Origin: Thraustochytrium aureum
Lineage: Eukaryota
DNA: 58,101 bases
NCBI GenBank assembly: GCA_012862495.1
Contig: BLSG01000212.1
Location: 1 to 58,101 of the forward strand
Reading direction: 5' to 3'
Shown: one piece after another, positions 31,128 to 40,763 of the stretch
Layout of the letters: each line of letters starts with the position of its first letter
Position numbering within the stretch: position 1 is the stretch's first letter
Position numbers and translations under genes: made by a program
Notes under the pieces: model-generated
Databases searched by the model: none
The model's input: only the letters and a program-made list of their open reading frames with translations
Told to the model about the DNA's origin: nothing

Positions 31128-32405
31128 ATGGTGTCGAGAAAAGTCCCAGCTCTTTTGTTCGTTATTGGTGGAACGCTTCTCACGTTCGCGCTACCCGTCT
31201 CGGTCGACGTGAAGGGTATCGTGCTCGTTGTCGGTATTGTGGTACTCTTCGTGCTGGGGTACTTGCACTTCGGGCGGCCCCGCGAAGTTGAGCATGCGAT
31301 AAGGTCTGTTCACATTGCGCCTGCTGAACGACGTTTTCAAACACGCGTGCTTCAGTCACGTGAATTACCAACAAGAGAAGCTGAACGCAGATCAGTTAAT
31401 GGAGGTGCTGCGATAGACAAATTGAAACGGCAGAGTTTGCAACCCTTGGCAGCAGCAAAAAGGTTATCATTACCCAGGCAAGCGAGTGAAGGGCCTGACG
31501 GTGTGAAAACGTTTCAGTTTGGGGCATTGACTGCTTCTGTTTCTGGCATTGAGAAATTGACTAAAGAGCAAGTCCAACAAGCAAATGAGGCTTTACATCT
31601 AGAAAGCGAAAAGGCACTTGGAGGTTTGAGGCCTGACCAGACCGGTAATATGGAAGTAGAATTCAGTACTGTCGCGCATGAATACGAAATTCATCCGATC
31701 TTTGGTAGGCGTGGGATGAATAAAGAGTATGAAAAGAAGTATGTAGATCGAGAAAACAAGGAAAGGACGAGAGAGAAAAAGAAGAGTGAGGTGGAGAGAA
31801 TTCAAGCGTTGCGTGCTGAGGATTTGGACGGTTATGAAGCGTTTTCACAAGAGAATGACCCTTCTCCAAGATTCGGTGACATGGAAAGGGAGTACCGAGA
31901 GAAAATGCGTGAATACGAACGAGAACGAACAAAAAATCGATTTGTTACCGAACGGACAAAAGCAGAATCAATCGTAAAGTTACGTAGAACTTCTTCCAGG
32001 AATCCAAGAGTGGGGGAATATACACCCAATCAATACAAGGAGAATAAAGAAGAAACGACTCAAAGGCTACGTACCAAAGAGGAGCTTTTAAAAGTAATAG
32101 GTCCTCCCCCAGAAAGGCCCAACACAGAGGAACTCATGCGAAAATACCAAGAAAAGCTTAATACATGGGCAGATCGCAAGAAACGGGAAATGATCGGCAA
32201 CCTTCAAGTTGAACCTGAAATGGAAAAAGTGCTGGTGGACAATCCAGATTTTAAACCGTTCCCAGACAAAGTCATTGCAAAGGTCAACGTCAACGTCAAA
32301 GTCAACGCCAACACCAACGTCAACGCAAACACCAATAGACAAATTGTAAACAAGTTGGGCGAAGTAGAAACTGTAGCTGAAACAGAAGAAGCACAACGTC
32401 AATGA
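31128..32405 (+). CDS. N-terminally membrane-anchored, E/K/R-rich coiled-coil protein, AT-rich
   Basis: Two N-terminal hydrophobic segments followed by a charged tail; (VN/AN/TN)n stretch near the C-terminus. Confidence 0.75.
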   Translation: MVSRKVPALLFVIGGTLLTFALPVSVDVKGIVLVVGIVVLFVLGYLHFGRPREVEHAIRSVHIAPAERRFQTRVLQSRELPTREAERRSVNGGAAIDKLKRQSLQPLAAAKRLSLPRQASEGPDGVKTFQFGALTASVSGIEKLTKEQVQQANEALHLESEKALGGLRPDQTGNMEVEFSTVAHEYEIHPIFGRRGMNKEYEKKYVDRENKERTREKKKSEVERIQALRAEDLDGYEAFSQENDPSPRFGDMEREYREKMREYERERTKNRFVTERTKAESIVKLRRTSSRNPRVGEYTPNQYKENKEETTQRLRTKEELLKVIGPPPERPNTEELMRKYQEKLNTWADRKKREMIGNLQVEPEMEKVLVDNPDFKPFPDKVIAKVNVNVKVNANTNVNANTNRQIVNKLGEVETVAETEEAQRQ

Positions 32406-32457
32406 TTTTTTTTCTAAGCCATGCACTTACTCGCGCGACGTTGGACAACTCCGCACA

Positions 32458-32910
32458 ATGGGGTCGAGCACGCATACGCGACGATACGTTTCAGGCCCCA
32501 AAAAGGGCAAGTTCATGTCCAAGGCCGCTGCTGAGCACGCTAAACATGCTCAGCTGTACCGTGAGCGCCAAAAGGCAAAGAAAGCCGCGCACGATGCGTT
32601 TTTACGCGAAAAGGCGAGCGAGCGCCATAAGCTTGAGCTGCACGACAAGAATAGCAAAAGCAAAAAGGTCTCAAAACCTTCGCACCATGCTGGTTCGAAG
32701 TCCGGTCACCACCCCACCAGCGGCGCATCAGCGCATGCAAAGCACGCCCCGCATGCAACAAAGCACGGTCAACACGCTGACCGCGCTGCACCAAACCATG
32801 CGAAGCACGCGTCACGCGCAAAGCCGAAATCCCACACGGCCCATGGCCCCGCTCACGCGAAACACGCTGCGCACGACACGCATCACAGAAGCGCTGTGCA
32901 TCACATGTTC
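32458..32910 (+). CDS. His/Lys-rich basic protein, 3' end in gap
   Basis: ATG 32458; repeated HAKH/HATKH motifs. Confidence 0.55.
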
Positions 32911-33154
32911 NNNNNNNNNNNNNNNNNNNNNNNNNNNNNNNNNNNNNNNNNNNNNNNNNNNNNNNNNNNNNNNNNNNNNNNNNNNNNNNNNNNNNNNNNN
33001 NNNNNNNNNNNNNNNNNNNNNNNNNNNNNNNNNNNNNNNNNNNNNNNNNNNNNNNNNNNNNNNNNNNNNNNNNNNNNNNNNNNNNNNNNNNNNNNNNNNN
33101 NNNNNNNNNNNNNNNNNNNNNNNNNNNNNNNNNNNNNNNNNNNNNNNNNNNNNN

Positions 33155-34808
33155 AGTGCAAAGCAAACTTCGCCATTGGCGGTGACGGAAGGTGCTTCGC
33201 GCTCTGCGGGGTTCAAGGCGCTTTGCCGTGCAGCGACGGTGAGTGTCAAAGAACTTTGCCCTAGGAAGCGACGGGAGGTGCTACGCGACGTGTGGCGTTG
33301 ACGGAAAGCCGTCGTGCGAGGACGTTAATTGCGGTACTGAAGGCGAAAAGCCTTGCGCGGACGGGTCGTGCAAGGACGACCTCGCTCTCAACTGGTTCTC
33401 GGGCTCATGCGGTGCGCCATTTGCGCGCTGGGGCATCTTGGCGGCGATTATCCTGTTTTTCCTCTGTATTATCTCAGCTGCGTACTTGGCTCTCAAGTCA
33501 TACCGGGCCAAGAAGGCCGCCAAGATCGGGGAGAACGAGCTAACGGCAGAGCTTCTTCGGGACAGGATTAACCTGTTGATGATCGATCAATTGGATAAGA
33601 GCGATCTCTACTCGATGTTGCTGTACGCGTCTTACGGTGTTAACACTGCTCAAGTCGATGAGGAAACGCGATCAAACTACTTTGAAGCTATCATGCGTGC
33701 AGTGGAAGCCGTTGAACAAGGTAATGTCAACACGTTCGATGACATCAAAATCATGCTGTACAGTGATGGCGTGGACAATAAAGTTTGGGTTGACACATAT
33801 GTTCAAATGCTCGCGGAAACGGACATTGATGCGCTACCGTTAGGAATTCATGACGCTGCCGAACTGCAGACTTGGCTCACCAATCACTCCAAAACACACG
33901 TTGATCCAGCATTCAATGCAGAATACGAGCAAGCCATGATGGATGTTTTTCAACGAAAAAGAGCGCTAACCATAATTCCTCAGTACGACCAACTGCAACA
34001 GGAGGTTTTTGATAAAGCTCAAAAGGCTACAAAAGAACTTCGAGCAAATGCAATTCCGTTGAGTGAGCTTTCGGGTTATGATCGCAAGATGGTAGATGTT
34101 GCAAGAGAATTGGGGGATCCAAATTCAAAACAAAATCGGATCCTGTTGTACGGTCCACCGGGAACAGGCAAAACAATGTTCGTCCAAGCAGCCATTCGTG
34201 ATAGGCCAAACGCGCTTGTGCTCCAATGGTCAACTTCTGATGGGAGCAAGTACTCTGGTGATGAAGCAAGGAGATTCAAGGCGATGCGTGAAGTCGCTCT
34301 AAGCGAACGTGCAAAGGGTAGACCAGTGATCATTCTCATGGACGAGATTGACCAGCTCTTCCAGTCAAGTACAACGAGAGAACTCACAAATGCGTTTCAA
34401 GAACTGATGAACCACGGTGACGTAACACTCGTCGCCACTACAAACTACATTCGAAATTTGCCAGATGCCGTTCTTTCTCGTTTACCGATGCAAGTAAACG
34501 TGAAGAGACTAAAATTTGCAGGTCGCAAGAGTTTAATAGCTGCACAGTTCGCCAAGCTGAAAAGTACAGAACAGGTAACCGATAAGGTGCTTTCACGATT
34601 GGCAAGGTACGACTTCAGCGTAAGAAACCTGATGGATTCTATGCAAGAACTGCTCACCAAGAACAGTTACAACGGAATTACGATTGACGAAATGGAGGAG
34701 GCTCTGAAACGTGCCAGAAAGGCAGTTGCGGACGAACGGAGAAAAGCGCGCCAAGAAAGGGGCGGACCATTTCGGCGAGCTGCTAAATTAGCGTGGCAGT
34801 ACTTATAG
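33155..34808 (+). CDS. Membrane-anchored AAA+ ATPase with N-terminal Cys-rich repeats (5' in gap; frameshift at ~33248)
   Basis: Walker A GPPGTGKT, Walker B IILMDEID, sensor/SRH VATTNYIRNLPDAVLSR; TM ILAAIILFFLCIISAAYLAL; repeats NFA(I/L)GxDGRCxAxCG. Confidence 0.9.
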
Positions 34809-34821
34809 TTGCACGAATTGT

Positions 34822-35346
34822 TCAGTGCGCATCGCCGCCACCGTCGCTGTGCTCTGTTCCGTTGACCTCTGCTGGATCGTCGTGCACGCTGTCGGCTTTG
34901 AAGAGGCGGTGGTAGTGCAGCAGCGTGGACGCGACCGAGTACGTTACGTCGGCGAGTAGCACGGCGCTGGCACCGCGCACCTCCGCTGAGAACATACCCG
35001 TGAAGAGACCCATGAACGTCGCGTGCGCGAGGCTGCTCCAGTGGCGCTCGCCTCCGAAGAAGCCGCGATCGCGGCCGGTAAACCCGCTCACGGTGAACCC
35101 TATGACCATGGCACTCGATGCGGCGATGATGCTGTACCGCAGCGCCGTCGAAGAAGCGAACCGGCGGCTCATGCTCTCGTCGACGCCCGCGGGGAGTGGC
35201 GCTGCGCCGAAAGTGCCCATCTCGCTCACCATCGCGAGTGCAGCGAACGCAAGGCGCACAGGCACGCACACTGCCGCGAAGAGGATCACGCGGCCGCGGG
35301 CGCCGGGGTTGCGCGTAAATCCGTTGAAAAAGTCGCTGATGCCCAT
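34822..35346 (-). CDS. Hypothetical membrane protein
   Basis: 174-aa ATG ORF with hydrophobic segments and a GFFGGERHW motif. Confidence 0.65.
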   Translation of the reverse strand: MGISDFFNGFTRNPGARGRVILFAAVCVPVRLAFAALAMVSEMGTFGAAPLPAGVDESMSRRFASSTALRYSIIAASSAMVIGFTVSGFTGRDRGFFGGERHWSSLAHATFMGLFTGMFSAEVRGASAVLLADVTYSVASTLLHYHRLFKADSVHDDPAEVNGTEHSDGGGDAH

Positions 35347-35542
35347 TGCGGGTAAGGGCTCTAGTGGCAGACCCTCAGTAACGGTATGCGGCTACTGGCT
35401 CAGAAGTGGTACACGTCTGCGCCGCTGTTCTTGCCGGATGCTCTAAGCGCGAGAAAAAATTACCCGCAACGAACGTCGCTGGCCTTCCCGGTTTTTTCTG
35501 GCGCACTGCCCAGGCAGCGTCTTAGGCACGAAGCATCGAAGG

Positions 35543-36484
35543 ATGGACCCTGGCGGATTTCGAAACATGCACCCAGGCGCGGGTGGGCGAGGTGCGGGTC
35601 CGGGGCAGAACCAGCCACGTGCACCGGCATACTCGCCGGCGAGTGCGTCTGCTTACGCGCCGCAGCAGCCGATGCTGCAGCATCGCCAGATCCCGCAACA
35701 GCCCACAGCAGCGCAGGCGCCGCGGCTCAACGCCTCACCAGTGCAGCAGCAGCACCAGCAGCAGACCATGCAGCAGCAACGATCGGTCCCGCATTCGGGT
35801 CCGCAAAAGCAGAGCCAAGCACAGTCACAGGTTCAGCCTTCAAAATCAACACCGGGCAAGGAACGCATGGTCGCGCCGAGCGGCGTGCCCGGTATTGCAA
35901 CGTACGCCGAAGGGGGTCGCTTCACGGGCGGCTCGCTTTTGTTCGACCCTTCGGCATCGTTGGTGGCCTCCACGCTCTCGCAGGTCGTGGCAATCGCCGC
36001 CATTGCCGTGCTTTTCGTGCTGCCTCGCCCGCTGCAGGTGTTTTGGGTGGCCGTGGTGGGCCTCACGGCGCTAGTGCAACTCGGCGTGGCGCTCTTCCGC
36101 GAGTGGATGATCCTGGGCCAGCAGGAAGGCCGCGAGTCGTACCTGGAGTGGGCCAACGTGCTGCTTTACATCATAGTGATGCTGTACGCTTCAGTTATGT
36201 CAGGGCTGCTCCTCTTCATGGGCTGGGCGCTGTTCAACGCCGCACAGGCGCGCGCCAACATGTTCCGCAAGCAGAGGGCCGCGCAGGAAGCCCAGGCAGG
36301 CACCGACGCTGCCTCGCACGACGGTGAAGCCGGACACGTGAGTGGCGAAAACGAGGGGGGGCGTGAACGAGGCGACGAGGGGCACCGTGACGAGCACCGC
36401 GAGGGGCACCGCGATGGGCGACGCGATGGTCGACGCGACGGGCGCCACCCTTACTCTACCGACGAGCGCCATGGAAGGCGATGA
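35543..36484 (+). CDS. Hypothetical membrane protein (Q/P-rich N-terminus, 3 TM, HRDG/RRDG repeats)
   Basis: 313-aa ATG ORF. Confidence 0.75.
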   Translation: MDPGGFRNMHPGAGGRGAGPGQNQPRAPAYSPASASAYAPQQPMLQHRQIPQQPTAAQAPRLNASPVQQQHQQQTMQQQRSVPHSGPQKQSQAQSQVQPSKSTPGKERMVAPSGVPGIATYAEGGRFTGGSLLFDPSASLVASTLSQVVAIAAIAVLFVLPRPLQVFWVAVVGLTALVQLGVALFREWMILGQQEGRESYLEWANVLLYIIVMLYASVMSGLLLFMGWALFNAAQARANMFRKQRAAQEAQAGTDAASHDGEAGHVSGENEGGRERGDEGHRDEHREGHRDGRRDGRRDGRHPYSTDERHGRR

Positions 36485-36559
36485 GCGTTCGTCCCTAGCT
36501 TTCTTAACCTAACATAACCTAACCCAAACCACTCCAAAATCACAGCATGGTTTTTCGCA

Positions 36560-37531
36560 TCACTCGGTGTAGAGCAGTACGACGGATGCCAGCGCGCCTT
36601 GCGGCACCGGCGTAGCCACGTATTCACCGTGCTCAAGTCGAAGGCGCAGCTTGAGCGTTCGCCCTCCACCCAGAACAGTACCGTCGAGACCGTCCCCCGC
36701 GGTCGCAAATACCGGCCCTGGGCCGATGTCCGTCTCTCCTGCGTCGAACTGCCCGGGCAGGTGGAGCGGAACGCGAGCCATAACGCGCCGGCGCTGCAGC
36801 GGCTCCAGCACAGCGTCCACGTAGCGCGGACCCATGGCGCCCGGTCGAGCAATGCGTGGCGCCACGACCTGGACGAACTCATTCTCCGCAGAAAACGCCG
36901 AGACGGTCACATTGGATGCGCTCCCTTGCTCCTCGCGCCCGAAGCCCATGCAGCGCGTTGCAAGCGCGTCCACGGGCTCGTCAGAGCTCACCACGGCAAT
37001 CGCAGGGCGCTCAAAGTTCAGCGACCGGTTAATGAATTGGCGAAGCCGCATCGCGATGACGCCTGGGCTGACCTCCACCGCCAGGAGTTCCAGCGGTCTG
37101 AGCAAGGGCATTGTGAGGTGCATGTAGTCCGTCAGCTTCGAGTGCCGCGTCAGCAGCTGGCACATGTCGGCGACCGACGCGGGCCGCCCGGCGCGCACCG
37201 CAAAAGCCAACACAACGCTGATGGGTAGGCCTGGTGGCGCGGCAGCGGCGTACTCGGCCTCCCAGCCAGACGCGTCCGGCGCTTGCCGCAGCCGCCGAAC
37301 AGACTCGGGCACCTGCTCCTCAACGCTCTCTGGCAGGTAAAACACAACGCGGAGCACGTTGTTCCGCGTGCGCGGGCCCACACTAAGAACGGAGACGTCC
37401 GGCAGGAACAGCTCATCCAGCGCGGCTGCCCTCACGCGTTCGAGGGGCACGCCGGCATCCGCTTCTAGCGTAAATGGGTCAAGGAAGACGCGCTTGGCGA
37501 GCAAGCGCGTGCCTGTTGATCGTTGCTCCAT
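36560..37531 (-). CDS. Hypothetical protein
   Basis: ATG 37531 (MEQRSTG); 323 aa with globular composition. Confidence 0.7.
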   Translation of the reverse strand: MEQRSTGTRLLAKRVFLDPFTLEADAGVPLERVRAAALDELFLPDVSVLSVGPRTRNNVLRVVFYLPESVEEQVPESVRRLRQAPDASGWEAEYAAAAPPGLPISVVLAFAVRAGRPASVADMCQLLTRHSKLTDYMHLTMPLLRPLELLAVEVSPGVIAMRLRQFINRSLNFERPAIAVVSSDEPVDALATRCMGFGREEQGSASNVTVSAFSAENEFVQVVAPRIARPGAMGPRYVDAVLEPLQRRRVMARVPLHLPGQFDAGETDIGPGPVFATAGDGLDGTVLGGGRTLKLRLRLEHGEYVATPVPQGALASVVLLYTE

Positions 37532-37724
37532 GCGTCCCGCCGCGTGGTTTGTAGTGGAAGAACAAATACGACAGACAGAAAACAATGACGATCCAAGAAC
37601 ATGAGAACGCTCGTATTGCACTGTGTCTGGCTTACATGCATGCTACGCATGCCTTCGCTTAGCGCTCGGTGCGGATTGGTCCTCCCCGCCGCTCGCCAAT
37701 GATCTTCGCTTGGTTTTCCCAACG

Positions 37725-38537
37725 TTATTGGCCAGTGCACCAGCTTCTGGCCCCCGTCAGTGTTTTCACCAACGGCATTGTCGTTATCATCACCAGCGAC
37801 GTCCGCGTTGGCGTTCGAACTGGGCGAAATGCTCGCAGCAGCTGTGCCCGGTCGAGTTTCCCCGGCGTTGGTGGCGGTGCCAAGACCGTCCCGATTGTAG
37901 ATCGATCCACAATCGCAGCGAACATACTGTGTTGAAGCGACCCGGGCGCGAAGGGGTTGGACGTGAGTGCATGCTTGAAACGTTCGATCGGGTCCAGGGC
38001 GCCAATAACCCACGCGTAGCGCTTGTTTTGCGCCATGGTCATGATATGCACTCTAGCGTTTTCCAAAAGCGCCAAAGAATCTAAAATACCGGCGATGTGC
38101 GCGTTGGCGATCACCTTTTCGATGTGCGGCGAAACGCACTTTGCGTGATCGTCGAACATTTGAAAAGCAGAATCGGCGGTGCGCATCACGCGCGCTGTGT
38201 CCATGAATTTCTCCACCGCAGTGCGCATTGCGTCGTCGCGGGTAATCGCGGCTAACGTGTTCAGAAACTCCACAGCGACGTCGCGTTTGTTTTCATCGGT
38301 CCGCGGCTGTTCGCCGTCGGATACCGCGCGGTCGAAGGCGCCGCCGCTGTCCGCTTTCACAAGGTAGTCGGCCGTGGTGCTCGTGAGGGCCTCGAGTGTT
38401 TTACCCGACTGAACGATGTCTAGGATGGTGGCGACGTGCTGGGATATGTAGGTGAACCAGTCCTTGGTCGAAGCGTTTTCAGCGTTCGGCACAGCGTTCG
38501 ACATCCCGCTGCCGCCTTGGTTCGTGCATTTTTCCAT
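37725..38537 (-). CDS. Hypothetical protein (3' end uncertain; may shift into the 37465 frame)
   Basis: ATG 38537 with helical N-terminal two-thirds; the overlapping frame gives a protein-like NANADVAGDDNDN...HWPITLGK. Confidence 0.6.
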   Translation of the reverse strand: MEKCTNQGGSGMSNAVPNAENASTKDWFTYISQHVATILDIVQSGKTLEALTSTTADYLVKADSGGAFDRAVSDGEQPRTDENKRDVAVEFLNTLAAITRDDAMRTAVEKFMDTARVMRTADSAFQMFDDHAKCVSPHIEKVIANAHIAGILDSLALLENARVHIMTMAQNKRYAWVIGALDPIERFKHALTSNPFAPGSLQHSMFAAIVDRSTIGTVLAPPPTPGKLDRAQLLRAFRPVRTPTRTSLVMITTMPLVKTLTGARSWCTGQ

Positions 38538-38660
38538 GTCACGCGAGAAACCCTAGTTCGCCACGGCCCGAGTGCCCGCGCGCCAGTCGCGCCGGTGCAC
38601 GGCTGGCGCCACGGGTATTGACCACTGTCGCTCGTAACGCTCCGAAACGATCCTGTCCCC

Positions 38661-38706
38661 CCGCCACTCCGCCACTCCGCCACTCCGCCACACAGCCACA
38701 CAGCCG
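38661..38706. repeat. Short tandem repeat (CCGCCACT)x4 grading into CAGCCACA
   Basis: Seen directly, upstream of the 38537 gene. Confidence 0.85.
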
Positions 38707-39240
38707 CTCCGTCGCGCCGACGCCAGCAGACCGCGTCACCTTCCGCTCTATCGAGCGCGAAAGCAACGTCTAGCGCGAACATGTGCGAATTGTTCATTGT
38801 TCATAGTTCACCCCAACGGCGCGAATGGCCATGTGGCGAAACATGGCAAAGGGGGTGAAACGTGANNNNNNNNNNNNNNNNNNNNNNNNNNNNNNNNNNN
38901 NNNNNNNNNNNNNNNNNNNNNNNNNNNNNNNNNNNNNNNNNNNNNNNNNNNNNNNNNNNNNNNNNNNNNNNNNNNNNNNNNNNNNNNNNNNNNNNNNNNN
39001 NNNNNNNNNNNNNNNNNNNNNNNNNNNNNNNNNNNNNNNNNNNNNNNNNNNNNNNNNNNNNNNNNNNNNNNNNNNNNNNNNNNNNNNNNNNNNNNNNNNN
39101 NNNNNNNNNNNNNNNNNNNNNNNNNNNNNNNNNNNNNNNNNNAGGGGTGAAATTGGGATGAGAAGTTTCTTTTGTTTGTTCGTTTTGCACCCCAATCTGA
39201 TTTCTGAACTGAGGTTCTTTACTTCTTTTATTCTTTTCGT

Positions 39241-40479
39241 TCAGCAGCTCGCACCAGCGGCCTTGCGCTCGAGCACGCGCTTGTACTCGGCGGCGGCGGC
39301 CTCGATGATCGGCGCGTCCGACTTGCGGTACTGGTAAACGGGGATCACGCGACCGCCTATCCACTGGTTCGCCTGGGCGGGCTTCTTCCCGTGCTTTTCG
39401 CGGTAGTGCCGCATGAGCAACTTGCCAAACGCGCTGGCCTCACTGGGGCTGAGCCGCTTGCCGATCAGCTTGCCGGCCTCGTCGACGTGGCTGATCCACT
39501 CGTCAGGCTCCGCCGGGGCGTCAGCGATGGCGAGCGGCGCGCCCTGGCCGCTCGCTGCGGCGGCGCTAAGCTGCACGTTGGCCTCGGCGCGCCGAAGCGC
39601 GTTCATCGCCATGTCCTGTCGGATGATGGCCCCGCGCTCATCCCTGAAGCACCCCGCCATGTCGCCCAGCTCGAGCATAAGCTTCAGCGCGGCCAGCTCG
39701 CTGTCGCGCACCCGCTGCTGAAGCGCGGCCATGCGTTCCTGGTACTCGAGGCGGTCCTGCCACGTCACGGGCTCGGTCTCCACATCGCGCTTGCGCTTGA
39801 GGCTGTTCTCAAGCACCGAAGGGCGGCCCTTGAGGAAGTTGTCCAGCTCGTCGTGCACCGCAAAGTAGAACTCGATCAGCGCATCGCCCACCGCGTTCTT
39901 CGTGCGCGCCATCAGCTTGCGCGCAAAGTGCGGCGTCAGGAAGGGGTACTTCTGGTTTTGCCTCTTGCCATGGTTTACCCGAATCACAATATTCGCCGGT
40001 GTTCCATCCGGGTTCGTCCTGCCTGGGACAGGTATCGTGATGATGGAGGATTCGATTCCCCCATTGGATGTTTCCCCGAATATCTCCGATACATCTTTAA
40101 AACACCACTCAACGCCCTCTTCACCGTTTTCTCTGAGATTTGCGATCAAGTACTTGCGGTCGTCCTTGGACGTGAACGCCTTGCCGAGCATGGCCGGCAC
40201 GAGCATGCCATAGACGGAGAAGCGGTCGAGGCCGGTCTTGCCGCGGGACTTGTCGATCTCGTCGGTGATGTAGCGGTACGGTTCCTGAATAGCGACCGAA
40301 ATGATCGCTTGCGACTTGTGCGGCTTGAACTTGACGACGCTGAAGTTGAGCGCCGGGCGCGCGAGAAAGCTGGCGCGCTGGTCCTCGCTCATGTTGGCCC
40401 ACTTTTCGTCCACCGAGCCGAACTTGCGCTCGCGCTCGATCTCGATCACTTCGTCATTCTCCTTGCCCAAGACCACCAT
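39241..40479 (-). CDS. Antirepressor-like (AntA/MSV199-like) DNA-binding protein, paralog B
   Basis: YPFLTPHFARKLMARTKNAVGDALIEFYFAV, SLKRKR..EPVTW, DERG.I..D and FGKLLMRHYREKHGKKP..NQWIGGR..VYQYR align with 2134-3288. Confidence 0.6.
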   Translation of the reverse strand: MVVLGKENDEVIEIERERKFGSVDEKWANMSEDQRASFLARPALNFSVVKFKPHKSQAIISVAIQEPYRYITDEIDKSRGKTGLDRFSVYGMLVPAMLGKAFTSKDDRKYLIANLRENGEEGVEWCFKDVSEIFGETSNGGIESSIITIPVPGRTNPDGTPANIVIRVNHGKRQNQKYPFLTPHFARKLMARTKNAVGDALIEFYFAVHDELDNFLKGRPSVLENSLKRKRDVETEPVTWQDRLEYQERMAALQQRVRDSELAALKLMLELGDMAGCFRDERGAIIRQDMAMNALRRAEANVQLSAAAASGQGAPLAIADAPAEPDEWISHVDEAGKLIGKRLSPSEASAFGKLLMRHYREKHGKKPAQANQWIGGRVIPVYQYRKSDAPIIEAAAAEYKRVLERKAAGASC

Positions 40480-40519
40480 GCTCAATGCTCAAATCTCTGT
40501 CCGCCCAGGTGTCGTGCAG

Positions 40520-40551
40520 TGCTCCGCGTGCAACTCGCGTTTGGGGTCTGC
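40520..40551 (-). promoter_or_regulatory. Conserved 32-bp upstream element, copy 2 (core GCAGACCCCAAACGC)
   Basis: 30/32 identical to 3321-3352; lies 41 bp upstream of ATG 40479. Confidence 0.65.
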
Positions 40552-40763
40552 TGCATCGACACGGTCAGTCAACTTGGCCATGGTCAAAACTAAGCGCGCG
40601 TTGGGTAGTCTTTTCGAGACGCTCGTGCCTTGACGATTGTGGGGCTCTTGCGCAAAAGAGCGACATCTCCAGAATTATTCAAAAATTTCAAAAATCGCGA
40701 CATGTTCACTAACACCACTCAACTCATCGTGCGTGTCGCTCTTTCAGACAATCAAAAGTGCAG

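Noticed and set aside
36505..36530. Telomere-like TAACCT/TAACCC repeats
   Set aside because: Only three or four degenerate units between convergent genes; too short to support.
2134..40479. Diversity-generating retroelement behind the variable paralogs
   Set aside because: No reverse transcriptase and no template/variable repeat pair with adenine-specific mismatches is visible.
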